From assembly GCF_009914755.1 (NCBI RefSeq), contig NC_060930.1: a stretch of 64,000 nucleotides of DNA; one strand, 5' to 3'. How positions within the stretch are numbered: position 1 is the stretch's first letter; the number at the start of each line of letters is the position of its first letter. This DNA comes from the human T2T-CHM13v2.0 reference genome, Homo sapiens. The notes beneath the pieces were generated by a model, which saw only the letters and a list, made by a program, of their open reading frames with translations, was not told the origin of the DNA and did no database searches. The translations under genes were made by a program, and so were the position numbers. This document shows, in pieces, positions 1 through 14,906 of the stretch.

Positions 1-489
1 GATAAATTTTACAAAAATAGGCTGCTGCTTTAAAGAGAATATGCACTTAGGCCATTCTGCCTTGAAGGCAGAATAGGAAGCTCCTTGAGTGACTTCCCAG
101 TCTAGGAAGTGTCTCTTCTCCACTCCTGCCCCAACTCCTCCTCCTCCTCTTCCATCTCCTCTTCCTCATCCTCCTTTCCCCCAGAGGATATAAGCACTTT
201 GACCCGACAGGTGGAGAGAAGACTTTGGCCACCTCTGAGAGAGGAGGCCACTGAAACTCACTCAGAGGCACAAGCTTTGGAAGTAGGTCATTTCCCCAAA
301 GCAAACCCTGATGGTGAATGGGCCCTGGTCCCCTGCAGAGGCATAGGAAAGAGAGTTCAGAAAGGGATGCTGGGGGGCCAAAGACAGAACCTTAAGCAAA
401 AACCCAGAGGGCCAAAGCTGAGATTCCTGGTATCGCTTGCTGCACAAACTCAGGCTCACTTCTCTTAACCCAGGAGTTCTTAGCTGTGA

Positions 490-865
<376 letters not shown>

Positions 866-1699
866 TGGTCCAGGTCTTTCTAACCCAGGGCTCCCACACT
901 ACTCTCCACCCCTGCCACCTTGTTCTCCTACTGTCCCCTCTACCACATGGCCCAGAAGAGGGGGAACGCTGCCCCTGCTTCAGTTTCCCTCCAATTCAGG
1001 TTTGAGGCCATCATCCTCTTCCCTGGGTAGGTAGCAGAAGCACAACTCTGGAGAAAAAGCTGAGCGCATAGTGGAAGAAGCCTCTGGTAGGGCTCTGGCG
1101 GGCTGTCAGGGGGCGATTTAGGGCGATTGCTTTCCACCAGGCACATTGTTTCACTGCAGCAAATATTTCCTCAGCGTTGCTACAAGACGTCTATTTGGCA
1201 AACCACAGAGGGCCTGCAGGCCCCACTCTCTACTGGTAAAGAGGCAGGCGGGCACTGCTGATGACTGGAGTAAATCTGAGCTCACAATTAAAATCTCTTT
1301 AGAGATTGCAGCCAAGTGACTGATGGATAGGACCCCAGGCTCCATCCGTCCCCTCCACGCTCCTCCACCAAGACAGATATCGACAGGGCATCATAAATAG
1401 CCTCGCATATCCAGGGCTTGCAGGCTGGCAGGAGATGAGGTGGAGGAATTTAAGGAAAGGGCTGAATTGGGCTCTGTTCTGCAGGGTCCAAGCTGGGGGC
1501 TTTGTGCAAATCATCTTGGATGAGTGGGGAAAGTATTTTTATCACCTTTCTATAAATGAGGGAGCTGAGGCCCAGGCTACACAAAGACAGATTTCCTGAA
1601 CTTGAATTTTGGAACCACACAAAACTATGTGTGGCCTCCTGGGGTCACCACATATTTTGCCCTCGATCACACTTTCCACCTGTCTGGAATGCCCATCCC

Positions 1700-2210
1700 T
1701 TCCCCCAGCACCTGCCATAGCAGGTGATGTTGGTGCCCAGCCCACACTCCTTCATTCTTACGGCTTCAGTGCGTACTAGTCTGACTCCCAACTGCTACAA
1801 CCTGCATTTTTTTTTTTTTTGCTTGAAGGCTCTCTCTGGCCACCAGAGTCCATGTTGCCATCTGTGCAGCAGGCCAGGAGTGTGGGGTAATTAATGCCTC
1901 CCCAAGACAGCCCTCATCAGTGATGGATGGCAGGTGACAAGAGTGTAAATACCCCAACTCCTTCACCACTCAGTTGGGATAACTCTAAGGTGTGTTCTAC
2001 ACAGTCTCCCAGAGGATCCCAGAGGAACTGAGCCCCAATTGCCCGAAATGGCAACCTCTCATTGATGTACTCTGTATTGACTTCCTCCCTTTCCTCCAGG
2101 TCTCTCTTCCCCATTCCCCTGCCAGTACTCCCCGGGATCCTCCCAAATTAACTACTTGCACTCATTTCCTTGTTTTAGGATCTGCTTCTGGGTGAACCCA
2201 AGTCAAGACA
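1700..2210 (+). mobile_element. LTR16-family (ERVL) solo LTR
   Basis: Ends AACTACTTGCACTC...CTGCTTCTGGGTGAACCCAAGTCAAGACA, resembling the LTR16 3' terminus; 5' boundary approximate. Confidence 0.7.
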
Positions 2211-2344
2211 TCTATTCACATTTGAATTCTCAGCCCAGCTTGCTCTCCCCCAGGAAGCCTTCCCCACCCCTTTGCACCACAGCCAACACCATAAACATTG
2301 ACATAGCAGCTCTAACTTTTTCTGGCATGTACTGGTGCCTGAAT

Positions 2345-2870
2345 CAGTTTCCCTAGCTAGATAGGAGCACTTGAGGACAGGAATACTGCTTTATATTATC
2401 TCTATGTCCCCTGATATGGTTAGGCTTTGTGTCCGCACCCAAATCTCATCTTGAATTACAATCCCCACAATCCTCATATGTCAAGGGAGAGACCAGGTGG
2501 AGGTAATTGGATCATGGAGGTGGTTTCCCCCATGCTGTTCTCGTGATAGTCAGTGAGTTCTCACGAGATCTGACGGTTTTATAAGTGTTTGGTAGTTCCT
2601 TCTGTGTTCATTCTCCTTCCTGCCACCTTGTGAAGAAGACGTCTTGCTTCCCCTTTGCCTTCCACTATGATTTTAAGTTTCCTGAGGCCTCCCCAGCCAT
2701 GCTGAACTGTGAGTCAATTAAATCTCTTTCCTTTGTCAACTACCCAGTCTTGGGCAGTTTTTTATAGCAGCGTGAAAACAGATTAATATACTCCCTGAGT
2801 CCAGCACAGTGCCTGGCCCACAACTAGGGCTCTTACTGAATAATTTACTGAGTGAATGAACCAGTGAGTG
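2345..2870 (+). mobile_element. L2 3' end fragment split by the THE1 LTR
   Basis: AGCACAGTGCCTGGC...GAGTGAATGAA L2 tail continues across the LTR. Confidence 0.6.
2412..2790 (+). mobile_element. THE1 (MaLR) solo LTR
   Basis: Starts TGATATGGTTAGGCTTTGTGTCC.CACCCAAATCTCATCTTGAATT; contains CCTGAGGCCTCCCCAGCCATGCTGAACTGTGAGTCAATTAAA; ends TTTATAGCAGCGTGAAAACAGATTAATATA. Confidence 0.92.
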
Positions 2871-3258
2871 AATTAAGTGTTTTTGTCAATTAAGAGACCG
2901 TGGGTGAGGAACCTTTTCTTCCTACAGAGAAAGAAATATGCAAAGAAGAGCCGCATGAACAAAGAACAACTTAACTTAGCTTTGTTTTGTTTTAAACCAG
3001 GAATATAAAGCATCTTATTGATCTGCCTTTTAAATTAAGAACAGGAAACTGAAAGCCATTCAATAAATAAAACATAATAAAAACACTTCTGTTCCAGAGT
3101 ATTGCTAATTAAGGGAGACAGAACAAAGGGGGAATGGGGAGGGGAAATGAGAGACAAAGAAGACAGGGACAGAGTCAGAGATAGCGAGACAGAGACTGAG
3201 GGACTGAGCAAGACTGCTGGGGGCGGTGGGTCATAGAAATGCAGTAAGAAACTTGAAG

Positions 3259-3748
3259 GGGAGGGAGAGCATTAGGACAAATACCTAATGCATGCAGGGC
3301 TTAAAACCTAGATGAGGGGCTGGGCACGGTGGCTCGCGCCTGTAATCCTAGCACTTTGGAAGACCGAGGTGGGTGGATCGCCTGAGGTCAGGATTTCGAG
3401 ACCAGCCTGGCCAACATGATGAAACCCTGTCTCGACTAAAGATACAAAAATTAGCCAGGCGTGGTGGCGGGTGCCTGTAATCCCAGCTACTCAGGAGGCT
3501 GGGGCAGGAGAATCGCTTGAACCCGGGAGGCGGAGGTCTCAGTGAGCCGAGATCAGGCCACTGCACTCCAGCCTGAAGAACAGAGCGAGACTCTGTCTCA
3601 AAACAAACAAACACAAAAACAAAAACAAAAACCCTAGATGACAGGTTGATGGGTATAGCAAACCACCATGGCACATGTATACCTATGTAATAAACCTGTA
3701 AGTTCTGCACATGTATCCCAGAACTTAAAAACAAACAAACAAAAAAAA
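3259..3748 (+). mobile_element. 5'-truncated L1PA 3' UTR interrupted by an Alu
   Basis: GGAGAGCATTAGGACAAATACCTAATGCATGC...CACATGTATCCCAGAACTTAAA; TSD AAACTTGAAG at 3249-3258 and 3746-3755. Confidence 0.88.
3318..3630 (+). mobile_element. AluSx-like, nested in L1PA
   Basis: Dimeric Alu with CAAA-type tail; TSD ~AAAACCTAGATGA. Confidence 0.95.
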
Positions 3749-3893
3749 CTTGAAGCTGGAGGGCACTGTGCAGCTGGGCACCAGAGGCTGGGCAGCAGGA
3801 GGGGTGCAGCAGCAGAGGAAAGAGAATTTCTGCAGACATTTAGGAGCCAGGAGTAGAGGTCTGTTGTTAAGAAGGTGCCCACTGCAAATCTAG

Positions 3894-4245
<352 letters not shown>

Positions 4246-4384
4246 GGAAGCAATATTCTTAAGACTGGTCAGGACCAGCAGAGACAGAAGCTTCCTTGAG
4301 ATTAGAGGTGAGGACAAACTGGAACACAAAAGGTGAGTCACAGGGGGGCCAGTCACCTACATCAGCCATTCAAATACCTAATGT

Positions 4385-4600
4385 GAATTGAGCATTTCCT
4401 ACCTGTGAGGCCCTGTGGGCTAAGCGCTTTAGGGGCATAAGCACATTTAAACATTTTAACAACTCTGTGGGGCAGATACTATCATCAGCCCTAATTCACA
4501 GATGATAAAACTGAGGCTCAGAAATGTTAATTCACTTGCCCAACACATCATGCCCAGCATCTGACCCTTTGTCATCTGACTCCACAGTCTGTGCCTTAAT
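4385..4600 (-). mobile_element. MIR
   Basis: ACAGATGATAAAACTGAGGCTCAGAAATGTTAATTCACTTGCCCAA antisense MIR core. Confidence 0.8.
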
Positions 4601-5374
4601 GCATCCCCACTGTCACTGTGGAGGGGGAAAGGCCGCACCAGGAAAAGGAATAGCAGTTCTGGGGGGTTCATAAAACCCTAGCCTCTGAGAAACCGTAACA
4701 TTTGACACTTCTAGTTTGAGGGTACTGGGGGAGTGTGGGCTGGGAATCTAGAAAGATGGGGGTGATATCTTCTGTGACTGCCATCACGCTGTCCTTCCAG
4801 GCCAACCCATCTATGGGACCTGCCTGGCCCGAAGTCACTGAGACCCCCAAAGCCTCGGGCTTGCCTCTTCTGAGATCAGGATCTCCTCTGCTCTCCCCAC
4901 CCCCTTCAGGTCCTGCTCTGGGTCCTTCCACATCTCCTTTCCTCTCCTTCTCCATCTTCTATCCAGCCCATAATTGGGTGGTCTAGTGCCAAGAGATCAG
5001 ACCCCAGGGCAGAGGTCCAGGGGCTTGGGACACTGCTGTTTCCTTGGAAAAGAAGTCGGGGAGGAGAGGACTGTCTACAGCCAGTGTCCCCAATGAACCT
5101 CACGTATTACAGCCTAAAAGAATACTTTTGAATTGGGGAGGGGAATAAAAGAGGAAGTCGATAACTTGGAAAGGATTTTGTGATTGATTGTCTCATTCCC
5201 CAGTCCCAAACTAACATCAGCTAAACACTTGCACAACCCCTCACCAGTATCTAAGCCCGTCCTATATGAGCTCCAACCCGGGGCCTTCGTCCAGCCTCCG
5301 TTCCAGTGCTCATTCTTGGCCAAGGCCAAGCCAAGCTTCCGCAATCTCCTGGGACCTCAGTGACTTTCCCAGTG

Positions 5375-5515
5375 GATTTTAATTACCTGACAAAAGTAAT
5401 GCCAATATTTATAAGGGAACAAACACAGATACCATAAATAAATACATTACTGACTCATTGAATTAATTAGTGTTTAATTACTTGAAATTACTGTCAGTTA
5501 CTACCAATTACCTGA
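5375..5515. promoter_or_regulatory. Candidate enhancer: homeodomain/MEIS/AP-1 motif cluster
   Basis: Repeated AATTA(C/G), TGACTCA 5451-5457 and CTGTCA 5491-5496 in unique DNA. Confidence 0.4.
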
Positions 5516-5846
5516 ACAACAAATGCATTCTTTCTCTATTACCAATGGCAGTTTTCGGAGTGAAACCCAGAGACCTTGGGCTGTAGGAAGAGACCTCAGG
5601 CCATATTAGCTCTCACCTGGCCCCTCCCCACTACTGCCTCCCTCTTTTGGTCACTCATTCACTCCTCGAGCACACATTTATTGAGCATTTATGATATACC
5701 AGTCATTGTTCTAGGCACTGGGGATGCATTCATAAACAAAACAGACAAAATCCCCAGCTTTGTGGAGCTTACAATCCAGTGAGTAAGGAAAAAAATTATG
5801 GATATTTTAAGAAGATGTTAAGTGGTATACAGAAAAACAAGCAGGA

Positions 5847-5970
5847 GCTGGGCATGTTGGCTCATGCCTGTAATCCCAGCTACTCCGGAGGCTGAGGTGG
5901 GAGGATCGCTTGAGCCCAAGAATTAGAGACCAGCCTGGGCAACATAGCAAGATCCCATCTCAAAAAAAGA
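5847..5970 (+). mobile_element. Alu monomer (FLAM)
   Basis: Single monomer GAGGATCGCTTGAGCCC...CTGGGCAACATAGCAAGA plus A tail. Confidence 0.85.
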
Positions 5971-6034
5971 GAGAAATAAGGAAGAGGGATGGAGTACTGG
6001 GGGTTTAAATAATGTGGTCACTATTCAGGTGATG

Positions 6035-6480
6035 ACCTGGACATCCTTCCTTTGTCCCCTCCAGACCCACTCTCTACTCTTCTTCACCCAGGTCTGTGCC
6101 CTGGGAGGCTGGCCTGCATGGACGGCATCACCCAGCTCCCTGCCCTCTGGCTTCCATGGAATTCAGCCAGTGGGGAGTCCCCGAGAAGCCCGGAAGCAGA
6201 GGGTGGATGCTTCCCTTGACCAAGGATCTCAGCCTCTATCAGGTCACCCTTTCCAGGCAGCCCTTTTTATTTTGGGATTCTCTAATAGCTGCCTCCCACA
6301 ACCTCCCCATCCTGTCTGGCCTTGCAACAGCTGCACCCACCCTTCTTGAACCCCCTCCCCAGTCAATTGCCTGGGGGTCCTGCACTATCCCTGTGGGTTC
6401 CAAACCCCCTGCCCACACCTGTGTAGACTCTCCTCACAGGATCTGAATCTATGTGGCCTGCTTTCTGCTGTGACCTGGCA
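6035..6480 (+). mobile_element. LTR33-family (ERVL) LTR
   Basis: CCAGACCCACTCTC...CTGTGCCCTGGGAGGCTG...CTCCCTGCCCTCTGGCTTCC characteristic of LTR33. Confidence 0.65.
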
Positions 6481-6675
6481 GATAGAGATGGCTTCCTTGG
6501 TGAGGTGACTCTGGAGCAGAGGTCTGAAGAAGGGGAGGCACAAACACGTGGCTATCTGTGAGGAAAGCGTCCCAACCACAGGAACAGCAAGTGCCAAAGC
6601 CAGAGGCCAGACTGTGCTTGGCATCTTTGTGGCTGGAGCACAGCGTGAGGGAAGAGCCATGGAGGCAAAGCCAGC

Positions 6676-6886
6676 GAGCAGGCAGGGGCACGTGGGGGGC
6701 CTGGCCAGAGACCAGGCAGGGGCGCGTGGGGGGCCTGGCCAGGGAGCGGGCAGGGGCGTGTGGGGGGCCTGGCCAAGGAGCGGGCAGAGGCACGTGGGGG
6801 GCCTGGCCAGGGAGCGGGCAGGGGGGCACGCGGGCCTGGCCAGAGAGCAGGCAGGGGCGTGTGGGGGGGCCTGGCCAAGGAGCGGG
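6676..6886 (+). repeat. G-rich minisatellite, ~34-bp unit x ~6
   Basis: CCTGGCC anchors at 6700, 6734, 6768, 6802, 6835 and 6870. Confidence 0.92.
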
Positions 6887-7028
6887 GGGTGACCTGGGAG
6901 GCATTGCAAGGACTCAGGCTTTCCTCTGAGAGAAAGAAACCCCTTGTGGCATTTCAAATGGCAAAGTGACTTGGTCAACACACACTGAAAAGGGTCACTC
7001 TGGTGGCTGTGTTGAAAACGGACTGTCA

Positions 7029-7482
<454 letters not shown>

Positions 7483-8299
7483 AAAGAAAGGAGCTGTGGA
7501 TGACAACCAAGGGTTTTGGCCTGAGCCACTGGAAGGCTTTACTGAGATGGGGAAGACTATGGGAGAGGCAGGTTTCACAGAAGATCCAGAGTTCAAGTCC
7601 GAACATGTCAACCAGAGGCACAGCGGAGAATGTGGCGGTGCATCCCAGGCGTTGGGAGGTCAGCCCACTACCTGGCCCCGAATGCACGCAGCTCCCAAGT
7701 CTCCCCAGCTGGGCAAAGACACTCTGACTTCTCCTCCCATCCTCTCCTGCCCCCTTCCCTGTTGGAAGTTCTCCCTCCACTCTAACTGAAATTCCCTCTC
7801 TCCTTGGACCAGCCCCTTCTGCTCCCCATTGAATGGCCAAGTGCCCAGATACAGCTGCATTTAGGAACAGGGAAGGAGAAGAAAATAAGGAACCCAGAAG
7901 ATTCCTGCCTGGGTAGAGTGGAAGGCAGTGGGGTTGTTTTCCTCTCCTGGCAACTTAAGAAGCTTGTACCAAAAAATAAATGTGGAGTGAGAGTAACCCC
8001 AATCTCACTTGGGTCAGAGTAATCAAAATGTAATTGGGTTTGTGAATAACTAATGTTTACCCTGATGTTGTCCTAATAGGATGATGAGACCTGTAGATGT
8101 GACTCTGCCATCTCTGCTCCGTGAGAAACATGGGTTTTCACAGAAACTGGGTCAGGCAGCAGGAGATGGGGAGAGAAGTCACTGTCCTGAGCTAGATGAC
8201 CGGGACAGCGGGAGGCTCAGGAGAGTCTCTGGGCAGAGGCAAGGAGGCCGCCATTTGGGGAACTGAGTGTCTAGGAGAGAAGTTTTGCCCTGGAATAAT

Positions 8300-8505
8300 G
8301 ATAACTATGATCATCATTGTATGTGCCACTTATTAAACACCCACTATGTACCATATACTTAACATGTATCCCTACGGTAACCTAGTGAGGTGACTCTCAC
8401 TATCGCCATCTTACAGATAAGACCACTGAGGCACTGGCTCCGGGCTTCTCATCCAGTTGGCGGCACAGAGGAGTCCAAGGTCAGGTTGTCTAGAGTCCAG
8501 CTCTT
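8300..8505 (-). mobile_element. MIR
   Basis: CCATCTTACAGATAAGACCACTGAGGCAC degenerate core. Confidence 0.6.
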
Positions 8506-9384
8506 CTCACGACCCTAGTCCGCCTCCACAGAACCAGGGACGCCGGACAAGGAGGACACTGCCTTCAGGACCCTTCTGCGGAGGTCCCTCATGGTGCAGA
8601 AGTTGGGAGTAGAGGCAGAAACAGCTGTGAAAATTCTGATTTGTTTGTTTCTCTGAGCCAAGCTAAAGTGGATAATGAAGCCAAGCTGGCGATTACCTTC
8701 CTGTGCGTGATAATGGTGGTAGTGGTGATGCTGACTGCAGCAGGATGACGGTGATGTCAGCAGCGACACCATTGGTCTTATTGATGGTGGCAGTGCCCAG
8801 GGTGGTGTGGGGGTAATAGCATGAGTGGGTGCTGGGATGCTGTTAGTGATCCTGCTAGGGCCAGGTTAGCTTGGAGGGGAGAGTGATGTCCATCACTGCA
8901 GTGGTGGCAATGCTGCTAGAGACCTCCTGAGTAGTTGGACTCGGGCTGGCATTGCTGCTGGGACCTTCCCTCACCCCCATCAGGAAGACCCCTCTGCTCC
9001 TCCCCACCCTCAGTGAAGGGGGCAGGGCTCAGAGCCTTCCGTAGAACTGGCTTTATTGCATTCCCTGTTCTGGACAGTGTAAGCGATGGCCCTGCCTCTC
9101 GAGAGGGACAAATGTGATAAATAACCAGGGAGGACAAGCGGGAGGAGGCAGTCCTGCCACCAGAAGTCATAAGTCTCTGTCCAGCCATGTGACAGGCTCA
9201 TTACGGAAAGCTTCGGGGCCATCCCGGACTGCAGGGCCTGGGGCTCGGGAGAGCCCTCCAATGCGTGGCTACTGATGAATCTGCAGCTCAGGGCTCGTGG
9301 AATCACCAGCCTCAATCTCTCCACCCTTCCCGCACACCAGACCAGTCATGCCCGGCCACTCTTTCACCTCCCTCCCTCCATCCT

Positions 9385-9478
9385 GGGAAATCCAGGAAGG
9401 CATTTGACAAAGCCTTTCCTGGTGTTCTTGGAAATAGGATGGACAAATATGAGCTGGATAGCAGTCCAGTTAGATGCA
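9385..9478 (+). mobile_element. L3/CR1 reverse-transcriptase fragment
   Basis: Translates SRKAFDKAFPGVLGNRMDKYELDSSPVR, matching the CR1 RT motif SKAFDxV.H..L..K...YGL....VRW. Confidence 0.55.
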
Positions 9479-9479
9479 C

Positions 9480-10180
9480 TGGACTCCAACAGACCCACAG
9501 AGGCCTGGGTTCACATCCCAGCTCTAGCACTTACAGGACATGTGATGTTGGCAGTTGCCTTAACCTCTCCTCGTCTGCAAAGCGATGACAGCACAAACTC
9601 TGCTTCGTTCAGTTGAAAATGTGAGATGATATAAGTAAGCTCCTGATCAATAATTAACATTCATGTGCCTTCTATGAGCCTGGTATGGGTCAATACATAA
9701 ATTACTTTTTATCTCTATATAAATTATCTCATTTAATTCACACAGATCCTGCGTGGCTAGATACCATCCTATCCTAAGGAAACAAGCACAAAGATGCTAT
9801 TTGCCTGATGACACACAGCTAATAAGTGACAGAACTTGCATTTGAACCGAGGTAATCTGACATCAGAGTCTCTATCACTAGATTGTCTACCTGGTATATC
9901 CTAAAAACATAACAATGCGTATTTATTGAGCAGCTACTAGATTAAGCCAGACTTGTGCGGTCCTCCCAACTGCAAGCTATATATGACATTTGCATAAAAT
10001 ATTACATTTTTATAAGCTTTCTAATTTAACCTCAGAAAACCTTGTAAAATGGGTATTATTATCTATTATCCAGAATCCCCTAACAGATGCTTAAAAAGGC
10101 GAAGTGATTTATCCAAGATCACACATCCAGAAGTGGTGAGGCCAGGGCCCGAGCTCAGCATTTCTGACAACTAACCTCAA
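9480..10180. mobile_element. Cluster of three degenerate MIRs (one +, two -)
   Basis: CTGGGTTCACATCCCAGCTCT..TTAACCTCTC; ATCTCATTTAATTCACA..TTTGAACCGAGG; AAGTGATTTATCCAAGATCACAC. Confidence 0.6.
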
Positions 10181-10469
10181 AGTCTTTCATGACCCTATGA
10201 TGCCCTCCCCTGCCATCTCACCCCACCAACTTATTGGGTTTGCCCTGTTACCCTCAACATGTTGTTCCTGGATTCTTTCATCTTGCACACAGCCTCATCA
10301 CTCTTCAAGAAAAACATGGCATCCTGATTATGAACAATGACAACTGGAATGACCAGCTCCTCCGTGATTCAGCGTCTCACTAAAGGGATTCTCACTCTCC
10401 AGCTGCCTCCTGCCATCAAATATACTCATTTGCAAAAATAATTGGCTGAGGTTAAGAGTAGAGTCAGTG

Positions 10470-11300
10470 CACATCCAGAATGTAAAAAAGAAACTCCTAC
10501 AAATCAATAAGAAAAAGGCAGACAACCCAATAGAAAAATGAGCAAAAGATTTAAACAGACACTTCACAAAAGAGGCCATCCAAATGGCCAGTAAGCACGT
10601 GGAAAGGGCCCCACATCATTAGTCATCAGGAAAATACAAATCCAATGAGATATCACTTCATGCTATAGAAGGGATAACATTTAAAAGACTAACAATACCA
10701 AATGTTGGTGGGAGTATATTGCTGGTGGGAGTATAAAATGGTGCAACTACTTTCCAAAACTCTGGCAAAGCTGCAAAATGGATACATCGTGACCCGGAGA
10801 TTCCACTCCTAGGTATAGACTCAACATAGGACCTACATGCACCACATTATAAATAACAAAATGTCCATAGCAGCACGACTCATAATAGCCCTAAACTGGA
10901 AGAAACACTCATCACCAGTAGAATGGATAAATTGTGCATATTCATATAATAGAATATTATGCATCTATGAGAGTAAGCATCTATGATAGCATACAATGAA
11001 TTTCACATATCATGTTGAACAAAAAAAGGCAGATACAAAAGAATACATTCTGTGTGATTCCATTTATGCAAAGTTCAAAAATGGGAGAAGCTAGTCTATG
11101 GTGTTGGAAGTCACATGAGGGTTACTCCTGGCAAGGGGAGGTGACAGAAAGGAGAAATGAAGGCACTTTCAAGGGGCAGGGTGGTATTGTTCCATTTCTT
11201 GATCTGGGTGATGAATACATGGTGTGTCACTTTGTGAAAAGTCATCAAGCTGTATGGTTATGATGTGGGGACTTTTCCAAATACATCCTTCAGCAAGAAG
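10470..11300 (+). mobile_element. Old L1 (L1ME-like) ORF2 end and 3' UTR
   Basis: CTACAAATCAATAAGAAAAAGGCAGACAACCCAATAGAAAAATG...ATTCCACTCCTAGGTAT...GATTCCATTTATGCAAAGTTCAAAAA. Confidence 0.85.
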
Positions 11301-11344
11301 TTGAGAAAAAAAAGTTTGGTGTTGGTGGCTGGAAAACAGAATCC

Positions 11345-13110
<1,766 letters not shown>

Positions 13111-13402
13111 CATTCTTCATGTTTGTCTGTGTCTTCTAAGTATCCAGCATTATCTTGCATTACTTTTCAGCATGGATGGAGTGAGCTCCTGTCACTAAAA
13201 GGGGTTTCCACATAGGATGAAACACCCACCAGGGGTATAGGAGAGCAGGCTTGCCTTCGCTGACTTCAAGAGTCTAAAGTTCTAACCAGTTCATTCAGGA
13301 GGTGAATCCCCAGTTGGTGCTATTAAAGGGCAGCCATCTATCATCTAGTGCCTTGACTTCATGGAGCATCCCAAAGCAAGATTTTTAAGGACTTAAAAAA
13401 AT

Positions 13403-14160
13403 TGTTTTAATTGTGATAAAATACATATAACATAGAATTTACCATCTTAACCATTTTATTTTTTATTTTTTGAGACAGGCTCTGGCTCTGTCACCCAGGT
13501 TGGAGTACAGTGGTGTGATCTCAGCTCACTGCAACCTCTGGCTCCTGAGCCACGCCTAGCTTATTTTTGTACTTTTTGTAGAGACAGGGTTTTGCCCTGT
13601 TGCCTAGGCTGGTCTTGAACTCCTGGACTCAAGCAATCCACTTGCCTCAGCCTCCCAAAGTGCTGGGATTACATGCGTGAGGCACCATGCCTGTCCCATC
13701 TTAACCATTTTTATGAGTACAACTCAGTAGATTTAAGTATATGCATATTGCCGAGCAACCACTTTCCAGAACTTTTTCATTTTGTAAAACAGAAACTCTG
13801 TACCCGTTAAAAAACAACTGATCCTGCCTCTCTCCCTGCTGTTCCTGGCAACCACCATTCTGCTTTCTGTTTCTATGAGTTTGACCACTGTTGATGCCTC
13901 AATAAGTGAAATCATACAGTATTTGTCTTTTTGTGACTGTTTAGGGTTTGGTTTCTGCATTTTAAAAAACGAAGTATAATTTACATACAATAAAATACGT
14001 AAATCCTAAGTGTAAAGCTCAGTGACTTTTTAACCTATGCATACGTGTGTGTTACCACAACCCAGATCAAGATATGGTCCTTCCAGTTCCCCAGGAGGCT
14101 CCTGTGTCCCTCGTCCCACCACTACCCTCACCTGAAGCTTACCCACATTACTGACTTCTG
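13403..14160 (-). mobile_element. L1MB-like 3' end (with AluJ 13457-13696) followed by an older L1M 3' end
   Basis: AAAATACATATAACATAGAATTTACCATCTTAACCATTTT...GGCAACCACCATTCTGCTTTCTGT; Alu TSD CATCTTAACCATTTT. Confidence 0.82.
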
Positions 14161-14217
14161 CCAAAGTTATTTCTAGCAGAACACACTAGCCGAGCTTAGA
14201 TTCAAAAGTCCTGATTT

Positions 14218-14445
14218 CTCTGCAGCCTCAACCTCTGGGGCTAAAGTGATCCTCCCACCTCAGCCTCAGGAATAGCTAGAACTACAGACACGCACCACCA
14301 CGCCCGGCTAATTTTTGTATTTTTTGATAGAGATAAGGTCTCACTGTGTTTCCCAGGCTCGTCTCAAACTCCTGGCCTCAAACAATCCTCCCGCCTTGGC
14401 CTCCTAAAATGTTGGGAATCCAGGCATGAGCCACTATGCCCGGCC
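14218..14445 (-). mobile_element. Partial AluJ
   Basis: GCAGCCTCAACCTC..GATCCTCCCACCTCAGCC J-type diagnostics. Confidence 0.85.
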
Positions 14446-14906
14446 TCTTCCCTTGTTAACAGTGCCGCTTTAGGCAAGTTAGTCTGAGCCACGGTTTCCT
14501 CTGCTGTGAAATGCGGATGCTAATGTCTACAACACAGGAGCTGGGAGGGATCCAAGACATAGCTTATAAGAAAGAGCCCAGAAGAGACTCAGAACACATT
14601 GGTCGAAATATGAATGTCCTCCCCTCATAGTGGCACCACGGTGCGGTGGGGTGTTGAGGGAAGGACACTGTACCGTGGGTGTAATGAGAGGGGTCCTAGG
14701 CTATAGATGACTTCAAGAATGAAGGTCCATGGCAGGAGCTGTTGGGAGTATCCCACTATGTGGAAAACCTGGCCAAACCAGCTGAGCTACCAGCCACAGA
14801 CCTGGGTCCACAAACCCATAAATAGCCTCATGTGCAATCTGCTGATCAGCCACACCAGCTCTAAGTCCCACAAGTACCGAGACTATGACCCTTGTACCCT
14901 GTGGTT

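Noticed and set aside
109-468. Ser-rich and Arg-rich ORFs at the window start
   Set aside because: Derived from a CT-rich low-complexity tract at ~125-180
1100-1118. CTCF-like CTGTCAGGGGGCGAT (also TGGCCAGCAGAGGTCTG at ~40681)
   Set aside because: Several mismatches at informative positions; not supportable without a PWM score
6676-6886. CRISPR-like ~34-bp periodicity
   Set aside because: Contiguous tandem units with no unique spacers, no cas genes, eukaryotic context
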